From NCBI GenBank assembly GCA_017499595.2, contig CM039010.1:2232001-2296000 (forward strand): a stretch of 64,000 nucleotides of DNA, written 5' to 3'. Under the pieces are notes generated by a model. The model searched no databases and was not told where the DNA came from. It saw only the letters and a list, made by a program, of their open reading frames with translations. Each line of letters starts with the position of its first letter. Within the stretch, counting starts at the first letter, position 1. Positions 47,101 to 57,300 of this stretch are shown here, one piece after another. This DNA is from Psilocybe cubensis. Taxonomy: Eukaryota. The position numbers were made by a program, and so were the translations under genes.

Positions 47101-47673
47101 TTTGCGATCATCGTAAGTTGCCTTAACGATGAGGGCAGCAGCTTCGTAGCAAGAGTTGAGTGCGCATTTATCATCCCAAAAAGTCAGCTCGTCCTTTTTC
47201 GCCTGAATGGCGCCGTCGTTAATTGCCTTTTGGAAGGCGTCACGAGCGGTAGAGAACGTAGTGGAGACTCGAAGAGCCTCCGCTGACCCGGCATCCGCGA
47301 ATTCCTTCGTAAGTTGGAACTCGGGTGCCTTCACCTTAAGGCGATTGGGCGTGTTGCCTGCGCTAACGGCAGATTCAAGGCGCTCGAGGCTAGCCTTGAC
47401 TGTTTCCCTCTTATCGCACCACGATGCGAGGTTGAGGAGAAACTCCCTAAGGGCAGCACGATAGTCAAAAAAGACGCAGTCTATGACTTGGTCAACGGAG
47501 CGGCACTCAGCTATTTTTTTGATGACCACAGTGGCCAGCTCGTCGATCAGAGCGTTATGGCGGCCTGCTTCATCGTTGACGCCGAAAACGGTGTTGTTGA
47601 CGACGGCCTGGGTGAGTGCGTCCAGGGTGGGGGACATGGCACGAGAGAAAGCAGCAGAGTATTGAGATGACAT
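44143..47673 (-). CDS. Penelope-like RT polyprotein, 1176 aa (candidate intron 46719-46779)
   Basis: Translation appears identical to copy 2. Confidence 0.93.
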   Translation of the reverse strand: MSSQYSAAFSRAMSPTLDALTQAVVNNTVFGVNDEAGRHNALIDELATVVIKKIAECRSVDQVIDCVFFDYRAALREFLLNLASWCDKRETVKASLERLESAVSAGNTPNRLKVKAPEFQLTKEFADAGSAEALRVSTTFSTARDAFQKAINDGAIQAKKDELTFWDDKCALNSCYEAAALIVKATYDDRKSSYKLPVFSTDNKGVRRIAEWVVSPQKKAECSALQTILPAIFSHIKQIVNMRHRALAIKIEKKRTTAATADVEMADATKPGPSIQSLIDKGLNARLKKLNLGSVGKKASFRNPSPIILDTNYYSNYPDFVWPEFVQGSSTSGQESWPFETQVVVDAFATQASNQGFQQGRQQEEREGESSRQERSKGKGKGKSLDARSNVVPFTSVRPAFPNSIPDDILTMTKTDAVSFVHLHTPISFLLAGQYRSSVHCSPGVSVPVDVANDLSLGLNYMFFTLPSKSLIMQAWNDFQRRIRWRIYFLFKEGMNKPFDPDYGVSSKKKEKPPVLPQYMELGLSMGRRYVQRTIASIPEEALTEMRKHAFSPKRDKIRKFLIDNNYVITMTDKNLGLAVSERDWILRNELNLLEDERNYEELEFEVAQEVMKSKMIQMQTLARTVEDEHLFLFELGLSRFFLSNVPEDGSSFKYPQFHGIPKIHKKPTGFRPIIPCHSVVFNPAAKFVSKELKPIIKSTPSIIHGTKDLFTRLSQLRIDSKRQWYFVTGDVVAFYPNIPLDLCIEIVCSMYEEWLLNASEENTALAHINPNSLENNLVKLGIFKRAIEIGNTQLITQHGSRYFRQKNGLAMGVADSPDLANLFGAHFEIKSKILDHPNVAFYGRYIDDCFAIVYAESEALALNLIKETIKFDGCVIEWAVSSSGCQFLDAFIFKESGKLHWKPFVKTGNNRERVPWVSHHPLDVKRGVYIGELSRLAVLCSTKEIYIGAIRDLNALYLMRGYPENLVISWCKKNIQERWEKRFALRVAEHDESILVLKTRFDQVWNWFSAAELGKTVTEYWSAWYEHAEKGLYSADSSRPLIKPDPNYVHDLDDVRPELFTQILVDGETEFVPDLRKIGLLGSRWIVSRKRNTNLFDLANVWKKTVFRKLDEDIAEKGGVVPETQNVNETYHSALVEAAEQISIESDNEIILHRRSISQEREHPEFGRISKSYNR

Positions 47674-47773
47674 AGTGGCTGATGGATAATAGCAAAGTCG
47701 TTGGGTTTAGGGGGGGAGCGAGCACCGAGCGAAGCGAGGTGCGAGCGACTAGTTTAAACTGGGAGTTAAATGG

Positions 47774-47849
47774 AAAGTAGCCAGAGGGCTGTTGGGGGAT
47801 CCCAACAACCAGCCCTTTCGTCTTTATAGACTCTTCAGTGGCTATTCTT
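47774..47849 (-). ncRNA. Type I hammerhead ribozyme
   Basis: Same core and stems. Confidence 0.9.
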
Positions 47850-48510
47850 AGAAGGAATGTTCTAGACATCCGATGACAGCGCGTGAAGTGATGCTGCGCA
47901 GCTGTCATGTATCTTACCGACTATCACAAATCTGTCAATGTTTATTGTCAAGTTAGACAGGTCTCTGATGAACAGAGTGTCACGGGTCGATGTGGCACAT
48001 GGTAACCTGTCAAAAGTGGATCCAACACTTTTGTTCTTTGACATCGTGGGTTATTGACTGTGATGTGAATCACATGGATATAGATTACTCTGGTTACGTG
48101 GCTCCGAGTAACCGCGACATGGGAATATTCACATGTCTAGAGTATAAATAACTTACCTGGGTCCTTACCTAACAATCAAACAATAGAATGATTGATTGTT
48201 GTGAATCTTAATTGGACAGTTCATGATCCGGTCCATCAAAAATGTTTCCACGGTACTAAGGAACTTTTCCCGAAGTACTAAGTAACTTTTCCCATGTACT
48301 AAATTAGATCCGGCCCTTCACAATCACATGCCGTTCGGAAGTTCACACGCCTACCTTACTTCCTACTAAGGTTAGACTTAGTTAGCTTAGGGTTGGGGTT
48401 AGGTTAGGGTTTAGGGTTTAGGGTTTAGGGTTTAGGTTTAGGTTTAGGGGGGGAGCGAGCACCGAGCGAAGCGAGGTGCGAGCGACTAGTTTAAACTGGG
48501 AGTTAAATGG

Positions 48511-48586
48511 AAAGTAGCCAGAGGGCTGTTGGGGGATCCCAACAACCAGCCCTTTCGTCTTTATAGACTCTTCAGTGGCTATTCTT
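48511..48586 (-). ncRNA. Type I hammerhead ribozyme
   Basis: Same core and stems. Confidence 0.9.
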
Positions 48587-49296
48587 AGAAGGAATGTTCT
48601 AGACATCCGATGACAGCGCGTGAAGTGATGCTGCGCAGCTGTCATGTATCTTACCGACTATCACAAATCTGTCAATGTTTATTGTCAAGTTAGACAGGTC
48701 TCTGATGAACAGAGTGTCACGGGTCGATGTGGCACATGGTAACCTGTCAAAAGTGGATCCAACACTTTTGTTCTTTGACATCGTGGGTTATTGACTGTGA
48801 TGTGAATCACATGGATATAGATTACTCTGGTTACGTGGCTCCGAGTAACCGCGACATGGGAATATTCACATGTCTAGAGTATAAATAACTTACCTGGGTC
48901 CTTACCTAACAATCAAACAATAGAATGATTGATTGTTGTGAATCTTAATTGGACAGTTCATGATCCGGTCCATCAAAAATGTTTCCACGGTACTAAGGAA
49001 CTTTTCCCGAAGTACTAAGTAACTTTTCCCATGTACTAAATTAGATCCGGCCCTTCACAATCACATGCCGTTCGGAAGTTCACACGCCTACCTTACTTCC
49101 TACTAAGGTTAGACTTAGTTAGCTTAGGGTTGGGGTTAGGTTAGGGTTTAGGGTTTAGGGTTTAGGGTTTAGGTTTAGGTTTAGCTATTCAATCCAATGT
49201 GTTGCTTGTAAGTAGATGTTTGTTACTTTATAGCAAGGAATACTTACGGTTAGGGTTTTTTTCTAATGCTTTACGCCTTAAGCGCTAGTATTCTTT

Positions 49297-52200
49297 TCAT
49301 CGGTTGTAAGATTTGGATATTCTGCCAAATTCTGGATGTTCCCTCTCTTGTGAGATTGAACGTCTATGAAGTATTATCTCGTTATCACTTTCGATACTTA
49401 TCTGCTCAGCAGCTTCAACTAAAGCAGAATGATAAGTTTCATTAACGTTTTGAGTTTCGGGAACAACACCACCTTTTTCAGCGATGTCTTCATCCAGTTT
49501 ACGAAAGACTGTTTTCTTCCACACATTTGCAAGGTCGAAAAGATTAGTATTGCGTTTTCGCGATACTATCCAACGACTTCCGAGTAGTCCTATCTTCCTC
49601 AAATCCGGTACGAACTCAGTTTCTCCGTCCACGAGGATCTGTGTGAACAGCTCCGGGCGAACATCATCGAGGTCGTGAACGTAATTTGGATCTGGTTTGA
49701 TAAGGGGTCTGGACGAGTCTGCACTATACAAACCTTTCTCGGCATGTTCATACCATGCCGACCAGTACTCGGTAACAGTTTTTCCAAGTTCAGCAGCTGA
49801 AAACCAATTCCATACCTGATCAAATCTGGTTTTAAGTACAAGAATGGATTCGTCGTGCTCTGCGACTCGTAAAGCGAATCGCTTTTCCCAACGTTCTTGT
49901 ATATTCTTCTTACACCAAGATATGACTAGGTTTTCGGGATAACCGCGCATCAAATAGAGAGCGTTAAGGTCTCTAATTGCTCCGATGTAGATTTCCTTGG
50001 TACTACATAGCACGGCTAACCTGGATAACTCTCCAATGTAGACGCCACGTTTGACGTCCAAAGGATGATGTGATACCCATGGAACTCGTTCTCGGTTGTT
50101 TCCTGTCTTGACAAAAGGCTTCCAATGAAGTTTTCCAGACTCCTTGAATATGAAAGCATCGAGAAATTGACATCCCGACGAGGAAACAGCCCATTCGATA
50201 ACACAACCATCGAACTTTATTGTTTCTTTAATAAGATTAAGTGCAAGTGCTTCGGACTCGGCGTAAACAATTGCGAAACAATCGTCGATGTACCTTCCAT
50301 AGAAGGCCACGTTTGGGTGGTCTAAGATTTTTGACTTTATTTCAAAATGGGCTCCAAAGAGGTTAGCAAGGTCCGGAGAATCCGCGACGCCCATTGCGAG
50401 GCCATTTTTTTGTCTAAAATATCTAGACCCATGTTGTGTTATCAATTGCGTATTGCCAATCTCGATAGCACGTTTAAAGATGCCCAATTTAACCAAGTTA
50501 TTCTCTAACGAATTTGGATTAATATGGGCTAATGCAGTGTTTTCTTCCGAAGCGTTGAGTAACCATTCCTCGTACATACTACAAACGATTTCGATGCACA
50601 AGTCCAACGGAATATTGGGATAGAAAGCAACTACATCTCCAGTGACAAAATACCATTGTCTTTTGGAGTCTATACGCAATTGGCTTAATCTCGTAAAGAG
50701 ATCCTTCGTTCCGTGTATGATTGAAGGAGTCGATTTAATAATCGGCTTAAGCTCTTTTGATACAAACTTGGCTGCAGGATTAAATACTACAGAGTGACAC
50801 GGAATTATGGGCCTAAATCCAGTAGGTTTCTTGTGGATTTTAGGTATACCATGAAATTGAGGATACTTGAACGATGATCCGTCTTCCGGTACATTCGATA
50901 GAAAGAATCGAGACAACCCAAGTTCAAATAGAAACAGATGTTCATCTTCGACAGTACGTGCGAGCGTTTGCATCTGAATCATTTTGCTCTTCATAACTTC
51001 TTGCGCAACTTCGAATTCTAACTCTTCGTAATTACGTTCATCTTCAAGAAGATTGAGCTCATTCCTTAATATCCAGTCGCGTTCAGACACCGCGAGGCCA
51101 AGATTCTTATCTGTCATCGTAATAACATAGTTGTTATCGATAAGAAACTTACGGATCTTGTCCCTTTTAGGAGAGAACGCGTGCTTTCGCATCTCCGTAA
51201 GGGCTTCTTCCGGGATACTTGCGATCGTGCGTTGCACGTACCGACGTCCCATCGAAAGGCCAAGTTCCATATATTGCGGTAATACAGGAGGTTTCTCTTT
51301 CTTTTTTGAGCTTACTCCATAATCTGGATCAAAAGGTTTATTCATGCCTTCCTTAAACAAAAAATAGATACGCCATCTTATTCTTCGTTGGAAATCATTC
51401 CATGCTTGCATGATCAGACTTTTAGAAGGCAGAGTGAAAAACATATAATTAAGTCCGAGAGAGAGATCGTTTGCTACATCAACAGGGACAGAAACACCAG
51501 GACTACAATGTACACTACTACGATACTGGCCAGCCAACAAGAATGATATTGGAGTATGTAAGTGTACGAAAGAAACTGCGTCTGTTTTAGTCATGGTGAG
51601 TATATCGTCAGGAATAGAGTTGGGGAAGGCGGGTCTCACCGACGTAAAAGGTACTACATTAGACCGCGCATCTAGGCTCTTGCCTTTCCCTTTCCCTTTG
51701 GATCGTTCTTGACGGGAGCTCTCCCCTTCCCTTTCTTCTTGTTGTCGACCTTGTTGGAAGCCTTGGTTTGAGGCTTGCGTTGCGAAGGCGTCGACGACGA
51801 CTTGGGTTTCGAAGGGCCAGCTTTCTTGGCCTGAGGTTGAGGAGCCTTGGATGAATTCTGGCCAGACAAAGTCTGGGTAATTAGAGTAGTAATTAGTATC
51901 CAGAATTATGGGTGAAGGGTTACGAAAACTTGCCTTCTTGCCCACAGATCCAAGGTTGAGCTTCTTGAGACGTGCATTCAAGCCCTTATCAATAAGGGAT
52001 TGAATCGACGGACCTGGTTTGGTCGCGTCGGCCATCTCGACATCGGCTGTTGCCGCAGTCGTCCGCTTTTTCTCAATCTTAATTGCCAAAGCGCGGTGGC
52101 GCATGTTGACAATTTGTTTGATGTGAGAAAAGATCGCCGGCAGTATGGTTTGCAGCGCACTGCATTCGGCTTTCTTTTGCGGAGACACTACCCACTCTGC

Positions 52201-52827
52201 TATACGTCGAACTCCCTTGTTATCTGTAGAGAAAACAGGGAGCTTGTAGCTGGATTTGCGATCATCGTAAGTTGCCTTAACGATGAGGGCAGCAGCTTCG
52301 TAGCAAGAGTTGAGTGCGCATTTATCATCCCAAAAAGTCAGCTCGTCCTTTTTCGCCTGAATGGCGCCGTCGTTAATTGCCTTTTGGAAGGCGTCACGAG
52401 CGGTAGAGAACGTAGTGGAGACTCGAAGAGCCTCCGCTGACCCGGCATTCGCGAATTCCTTCGTAAGTTGGAACTCGGGTGCCTTCACCTTAAGGCGATT
52501 GGGCGTGTTGCCTGCGCTAACGGCAGATTCAAGGCGCTCGAGGCTAGCCTTGACTGTTTCCCTCTTATCGCACCACGATGCGAGGTTGAGGAGAAACTCC
52601 CTAAGGGCAGCACGATAGTCAAAAAAGACGCAGTCTATGACTTGGTCAACGGAGCGGCACTCAGCTATTTTTTTGATGACCACAGTGGCCAGCTCGTCGA
52701 TCAGAGCGTTATGGCGGCCTGCTTCATCGTTGACGCCGAAAACGGTGTTGTTGACGACGGCCTGGGTGAGTGCGTCCAGGGTGGGGGACATGGCACGAGA
52801 GAAAGCAGCAGAGTATTGAGATGACAT
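49297..52827 (-). CDS. Penelope-like RT polyprotein, 1176 aa (candidate intron 51873-51933)
   Basis: Two aa differences noticed versus copies 2 and 3 (FADAG to FANAG, EFVQ to EFIQ). Confidence 0.93.
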   Translation of the reverse strand: MSSQYSAAFSRAMSPTLDALTQAVVNNTVFGVNDEAGRHNALIDELATVVIKKIAECRSVDQVIDCVFFDYRAALREFLLNLASWCDKRETVKASLERLESAVSAGNTPNRLKVKAPEFQLTKEFANAGSAEALRVSTTFSTARDAFQKAINDGAIQAKKDELTFWDDKCALNSCYEAAALIVKATYDDRKSSYKLPVFSTDNKGVRRIAEWVVSPQKKAECSALQTILPAIFSHIKQIVNMRHRALAIKIEKKRTTAATADVEMADATKPGPSIQSLIDKGLNARLKKLNLGSVGKKASFRNPSPIILDTNYYSNYPDFVWPEFIQGSSTSGQESWPFETQVVVDAFATQASNQGFQQGRQQEEREGESSRQERSKGKGKGKSLDARSNVVPFTSVRPAFPNSIPDDILTMTKTDAVSFVHLHTPISFLLAGQYRSSVHCSPGVSVPVDVANDLSLGLNYMFFTLPSKSLIMQAWNDFQRRIRWRIYFLFKEGMNKPFDPDYGVSSKKKEKPPVLPQYMELGLSMGRRYVQRTIASIPEEALTEMRKHAFSPKRDKIRKFLIDNNYVITMTDKNLGLAVSERDWILRNELNLLEDERNYEELEFEVAQEVMKSKMIQMQTLARTVEDEHLFLFELGLSRFFLSNVPEDGSSFKYPQFHGIPKIHKKPTGFRPIIPCHSVVFNPAAKFVSKELKPIIKSTPSIIHGTKDLFTRLSQLRIDSKRQWYFVTGDVVAFYPNIPLDLCIEIVCSMYEEWLLNASEENTALAHINPNSLENNLVKLGIFKRAIEIGNTQLITQHGSRYFRQKNGLAMGVADSPDLANLFGAHFEIKSKILDHPNVAFYGRYIDDCFAIVYAESEALALNLIKETIKFDGCVIEWAVSSSGCQFLDAFIFKESGKLHWKPFVKTGNNRERVPWVSHHPLDVKRGVYIGELSRLAVLCSTKEIYIGAIRDLNALYLMRGYPENLVISWCKKNIQERWEKRFALRVAEHDESILVLKTRFDQVWNWFSAAELGKTVTEYWSAWYEHAEKGLYSADSSRPLIKPDPNYVHDLDDVRPELFTQILVDGETEFVPDLRKIGLLGSRWIVSRKRNTNLFDLANVWKKTVFRKLDEDIAEKGGVVPETQNVNETYHSALVEAAEQISIESDNEIILHRRSISQEREHPEFGRISKSYNR

Positions 52828-52938
52828 AGTGGCTGATGGATAATAGCAAAGTCGTTGGGTTTAGGGGGGGAGCGAGCACCGAGCGAAGCGAGGTGCGAGC
52901 GACTAGTTTAAACTGGGAGTTAAATGGAAAGTAGCCAG

Positions 52939-53422
52939 CGGCTCGTGATTTTTTACGGGCGTGGACCAGTGCAAGCAATGGGCGCTACCGTACAGGCAAA
53001 CGATCACTACATACCGCTCATGACAAAAGAGCAGGCTATTGCCTATTAAGTCCTTTACCAAGGGACACTCTCATGCCATTGGACATGGCAGGCTAATACC
53101 CTTTAAGCCCTTTACCAAGGGGCGCCACATCAGCCATTACAGCCACAGGTTCATTTCCGGCGACGAACTATTTGTCCATCCTTGTGTTAACTCCCTTTAC
53201 TAAGGGGAGGCCGGGTCACCCGCGTTTTAAGCGGTTCTGGACTTCGGGCCGTCCTCGTAAGCAGCGAGGCGCGGTTTAGATACCAGATGTGGGTTTCCCC
53301 ACTCCCAAGACTATATCTTAAGATCCGAAGACCCCACTACCACCTAGTCGTTGAACGCTTCCGTCGGCGTGACCGTTACGGATTCGCTGCTGATTATCCA
53401 TTCCAGCTTTCGCTGAATCTTG
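52939..53422. other. Unique foreign hairpin-rich insert of unknown origin
   Basis: No match seen elsewhere in the window; bounded by the element 5' end and a telomeric tract. Confidence 0.8.
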
Positions 53423-53460
53423 GGGTTTAGGGTTTAGGGTTTAGGGTTTAGGGTTTAGGG
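53423..53460 (+). repeat. Interstitial TTTAGGG tract
   Basis: About 5 units. Confidence 0.95.
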
Positions 53461-53524
53461 GGGGAGCGAGCACCGAGCGAAGCGAGGTGCGAGCGACTAG
53501 TTTAAACTGTGAGTTTGAAATAGA

Positions 53525-53600
53525 AAGAAGGCCAGAGGGCTGTTGGGGGATCCCAACAACCAGCCCTTTCGTCTTTATAGACTCTTCAGTGGCTATTCTT
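53525..53600 (-). ncRNA. Type I hammerhead ribozyme
   Basis: Same core; cleavage 53535/53534. Confidence 0.88.
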
Positions 53601-54304
53601 AGAAGGAATGTTCTAGACATCCGATGACAGCGCGTGAAGTGATGCTGCGCAGCTGTCATGTATCTTACCGACTATCACAAATCTGTCAATGTTTATTGTC
53701 AAGTTAGACAGGTCTCTGATGAACAGAGTGTCACGGGTCGATGTGGCACATGGTAACCTGTCAAAAGTGGATCCAACACTTTTGTTCTTTGACATCGTGG
53801 GTTATTGACTGTGATGTGAATCACATGGATATAGATTACTCTGGTTACGTGGCTCCGAGTAACCGCGACATGGGAATATTCACATGTCTAGAGTATAAAT
53901 AGCTTACCTGGGTCCTTACCTAACAATCAAACAATAGAATGATTGATTGTTGTGAATCTTAATTGGACAGTTCATGATCCGGTCCATCAAAAATGTTTCC
54001 ACGGTACTAAGGAACTTTTCCCGAAGTACTAAGTAACTTTTCCCATGTACTAAATTAGATCCGGCCCTTCACAATCACATGCCGTTCGGAAGTTCACACG
54101 CCTACCTTACTTCCTACTAAGGTTAGACTTAGTTAGCTTAGGGTTGGGGTTAGGTTAGGGTTTAGGGTTTAGGGTTTAGGGTTTAGGTTTAGCTATTTAA
54201 TCCAAAGTGTTGCTTGTAAGTAGATGTTTGTTACTTTATAGCAAGGAATACTTACGGTTAGGGTTTTTTTCTAATGCTTTACGCCTTACGCGCTAGTATT
54301 CTTT

Positions 54305-57300
54305 TCATCGGTTGTAAGATTTGGATATTCTGCCGAATTCTGGATGTTCCCTCTCTTGTGAGATTGAACGTCTATGAAGTATTATCTCGTTATCACTTTC
54401 GATACTTATCTGTTCAGCAGCTTCAACTAGAGCAGAATGATAAGTTTCATTAACGTTTTGAGTTTCGGGAACAACACCACCTTTTTCAGCGATGTTTTCA
54501 TCCAGTTTACGAAAGACTGTTTTCTTCCACACATTTGCAAGGTCGAAAAGATTAGTATTGCGCTTTCGCGATACTATCCAACGACTTCCGAGTAGTCCTA
54601 TCTTCCTCAAATCCGGTACGAACTCAGTTTCTCCGTCCACGAGGATCTGTGTGAACAGCTCCGGGCGAACATCATCGAGGTCGTGAACGTAATTTGGATC
54701 TGGTTTGATAAGGGGTCTGGACGAGTCTGCACTATACAGACCTTTCTCGGCATGTTCATACCATGCCGACCAGTACTCGGTAACAGTCTTTCCAAGTTCA
54801 GCCGCTGAAAACCAATTCCATACCTGATCAAATCTGGTTTTAAGTACAAGAATGGATTCGTCGTGCTCTGCGACTCGTAAAGCGAATCGCTTTTCCCAAC
54901 GTTCTTGTATATTCTTCTTACACCAAGACATGACTAGGTTTTCGGGATAACCGCGCATCAAATAGAGAGCGTTAAGGTCTCTAATTGCTCCGATGTAGAT
55001 TTCCTTGGTACTACATAGCACGGCTAACCTGGATAACTCTCCAATGTAGACGCCACGTTTGACGTCCAAAGGATGATGTGATACCCATGGAACTCGTTCT
55101 CGGTTGTTTCCTGTCTTGACAAATGGCTTCCAATGAAGTTTTCCAGACTCCTTGAATATGAAAGCATCGAGAAATTGACATCCCGACGAGGAAACAGCCC
55201 ATTCGATAACACAACCATCGAACTTTATTGTTTCTTTAATAAGATTAAGTGCAAGTGCTTCGGACTCGGCGTAAACAATTGCGAAACAATCGTCGATGTA
55301 CCTTCCATAGAAGGCCACGTTTGGGTGGTCTAAGATTTTTGACTTTATTTCAAAATGGGCTCCAAAGAGGTTAGCAAGGTCCGGAGAATCCGCGACGCCC
55401 ATTGCGAGGCCATTTTTTTGTCTAAAATATCTAGACCCATGTTGTGTTATCAATTGCGTATTGCCAATCTCGATAGCACGTTTAAAGATGCCCAATTTAA
55501 CCAAGTTATTCTCTAACGAATTTGGATTAATATGGGCTAATGCAGTGTTCTCTTCCGAAGCGTTGAGTAACCATTCCTCGTACATATTACAAACGATTTC
55601 GATGCACAAGTCCAACGGAATATTGGGATAGAAAGCAACTACATCCCCGGTGACAAAATACCATTGTCGTTTGGGGTCTATACGCAATTGGCTTAATCTC
55701 GTAAAGAGATCCTTCGTTCCGTGAATGATTGAAGGAGTCGATTTAATAATCGGCTTAAGCTCTTTTGATACAAACTTGGCTGCAGGATTAAATACTACAG
55801 AGTGACACGGAATTATGGGCCTAAATCCAGTAGGTTTCTTGTGGATTTTAGGTATACCATGAAATTGAGGATACTTGAACGATGATCCGTCTTCCGGTAC
55901 ATTCGATAGAAAGAATCGAGACAACCCAAGTTCAAATAGAAACAGATGTTCATCTTCGACGGTACGTGCGAGAGTTTGCATCTGAATCATTTTGCTCTTC
56001 ATAACTTCTTGCGCAACTTCGAATTCTAACTCTTCGTAGTTGCGTTCATCTTCAAGAAGATTGAGCTCATTCCTTAATATCCAGTCGCGTTCAGACACCG
56101 CGAGGCCAAGATTCTTATCTGTCATCGTAATAACATAGTTGTTATCGAAAAGAAACTTTTGGATCTTGTCCCTTTTAGGAGAGAACGCGTGCTTTCGCAT
56201 CTCTTTAAGGGCTTCTTCCGGGATACTTGCGATCGTTTTAATAACGTACCGACGTCCCATTGAAAGGCCAAGTTCCATAAATTGCGGTAACATTGGAGGT
56301 TTCTCTTTCTTTTTAGAGCTTACTCCATAGTCTGGATCGAAAGGTTTATTCATGCCTTCTTTAAACAAAAAATAGATACGCCATCTTATTCTTCGTTGAA
56401 AATCATTCCATGCTTGCATGATCAGATTTTTAGAAGGCAGTGTAAAAAACATATAATTGAGTCCAAGAGATAAATCATTTGCTACATCAACAGGGACCGA
56501 AACACCAGGACTACAGTGTACACTAGATCTATACTGGCCAGCCAATAAGAATGAAATCGGGGTATTGAGGTGTACAAAAGAAACTGCGTCTGTTTTAGTC
56601 ATGGTGAGTATATCGTCAGGAATAGAGTTGGGGAAGGCGGGTCTCACCGACGTAAATGATGCTACAGTAGACCGCGCGTCTAGGCTCTTGCCTTTCCCTT
56701 TCCCTTTGGATCGTTGTTCTTGACGGGAGCTCTCCCCTTCCCTTTCTTCTTGTTGTCGACCTTGTTGGAAGCCTTGGTTTGAGGCTTCCTCTGCGAAGGC
56801 GTCGACGACGACTTGGGTTTCGAAGGGCCAGCTTTCCTGGCCTGAGGTTGAGGAGCCTTGGACGAATTCTGGCCAGACAAAGTCTGGGTAATTAGAGTAA
56901 TAATTAGTGTCCAGAATTATGGGTGAAGGGTTACGAAAACTTGCCTTCTTGCCCACAGATCCAAGGTTGAGCTTTTTGAGACGTGCATTCAAGCCCTTAT
57001 CAATAAGGGATTGAATCGATGGACCTGGTTTGGTCGCATCGGCCATCTCGACATCGGCTGTTGCCGCAGTCGTCCGCTTTTTCTCAATCTTAATTGCCAA
57101 GGCGCGGTGGCGCATGTTGACAATCTGTTTGATATGAGAAAAGATCGCCGGCAGTATAGTTTGCAGCGCACTGCATTCGGCTTTCTTTTGCGGAGACACT
57201 ACCCACTCTGCTATACGTCGAACTCCCTTGTTGTCTGTAGAGAAAACAGGGAGCTTGTAGCTGGATTTGCGATCATCGTAAGTTGCCTTAACGATGAGGG

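Larger units (their letters stand above)
43296..48449 (-). mobile_element. Penelope-like element copy 3
   Basis: Copy 2 at +5154. Confidence 0.92.
48450..52938 (-). mobile_element. Penelope-like element copy 4; 5' end stops at the hammerhead cleavage site
   Basis: Copy 3 at +5154 until ...GGAAAGTAGCCAG at 52938, then unrelated DNA. Confidence 0.92.

Noticed and set aside
53268-53285. CTAAACC (- strand) in the foreign insert as a telomerase RNA template
   Set aside because: Only 7 nt, with no alignment extension beyond one repeat; insufficient.
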